From the NCBI GenBank assembly GCA_048940375.1, contig JBHLOP010000147.1:1-5478 (forward strand): a stretch of 5,478 nucleotides of DNA, written 5' to 3'. The notes beneath the pieces were generated by a model. The model had not been told where the DNA came from. It did no database searches and worked only from the letters and a program-made list of their open reading frames with translations. The stretch comes from Promethearchaeota archaeon. Lineage in GTDB: Archaea; Asgardarchaeota; Sifarchaeia; Borrarchaeales; Borrarchaeaceae. Positions 5,296-5,478 of this stretch are shown in pieces; position 1 is the stretch's first letter, and the number at the start of each line of letters is the position of its first letter. Position numbers and translations under genes: made by a program.

Positions 5296-5478
5296 TTGAA
5301 CATATATGCGCTTATTCCATTGAAAAAATTGGAGAATTCAAAAACACGCATAAGCAATTTATCTCTTGAATCTCGAAAAATGCTTACCAAAGCTATGCTT
5401 TGTGATGTAGTTCAATCAACTTTAGAAGCAAAAAATATCAGCGAAACTTTTGTGATGTCACCAGATCAGGAGATAGTT
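5296..5478 (+). CDS. cofC: 2-phospho-L-lactate guanylyltransferase (coenzyme F420 biosynthesis, CofC), N-terminal part; continues past the right edge
   Basis: Manual translation from TTG 5296: (M)NIYALIPLKKLENSKTRISNLSLESRKMLTKAMLCDVVQSTLEAKNISETFVMSPDQEIV. Matches the CofC N-terminus (IYALIPVKxLxxSKxRLs...L....R..L..AML.DV). SD ggtgat at 5287-5292. Not in the ORF track because it has no stop in the window. Confidence 0.88.
   Translation, partial: MNIYALIPLKKLENSKTRISNLSLESRKMLTKAMLCDVVQSTLEAKNISETFVMSPDQEIV

Noticed and set aside
1-5478. CRISPR array, tRNA/rRNA, transposase or defence island
   Set aside because: No regularly spaced direct repeats, tRNA-like cloverleaf sequences, transposase motifs or terminal inverted repeats were seen. 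The Mrr-like similarity belongs to the RpoH fusion and lacks catalytic residues, so it is not evidence of a restriction system.

Overview
This 5.5 kb window looks like archaeal chromosome. Support comes from an archaeal/eukaryotic-type RNA polymerase subunit, F420 biosynthesis genes, Shine-Dalgarno sites of the GGTGAT/AGGAGGTG type and AT-rich TATA-like boxes. From left to right: (1) a minus-strand polysaccharide deacetylase (NodB/HpPgdA-like) running off the left edge, absent from the supplied ORF track; (2) a minus-strand secreted, membrane-anchored Ig-like protein with a polybasic tail; (3) a plus-strand RpoH (Rpb5) that carries an additional N-terminal domain; (4) cofD; (5) a TIM-barrel DUS-like (MJ0144-type) protein overlapping the cofD stop codon; (6) a minus-strand V4R-domain protein; (7) a minus-strand isopropylmalate/homoisocitrate/isocitrate dehydrogenase family protein; (8) the 5' part of cofC running off the right edge, also absent from the track. 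The most notable observation is that RpoH has a full-length eukaryotic Rpb5-like layout. Archaeal RpoH is normally only the ~80 aa C-terminal assembly domain. Here it is preceded by a ~100 aa domain resembling an Mrr/Holliday-resolvase-like nuclease fold with degenerate catalytic residues, colinear with the eukaryotic Rpb5 jaw domain. The gene is also followed by cofD rather than rpoB. No CRISPR array, tRNA, rRNA or mobile element was recognised.
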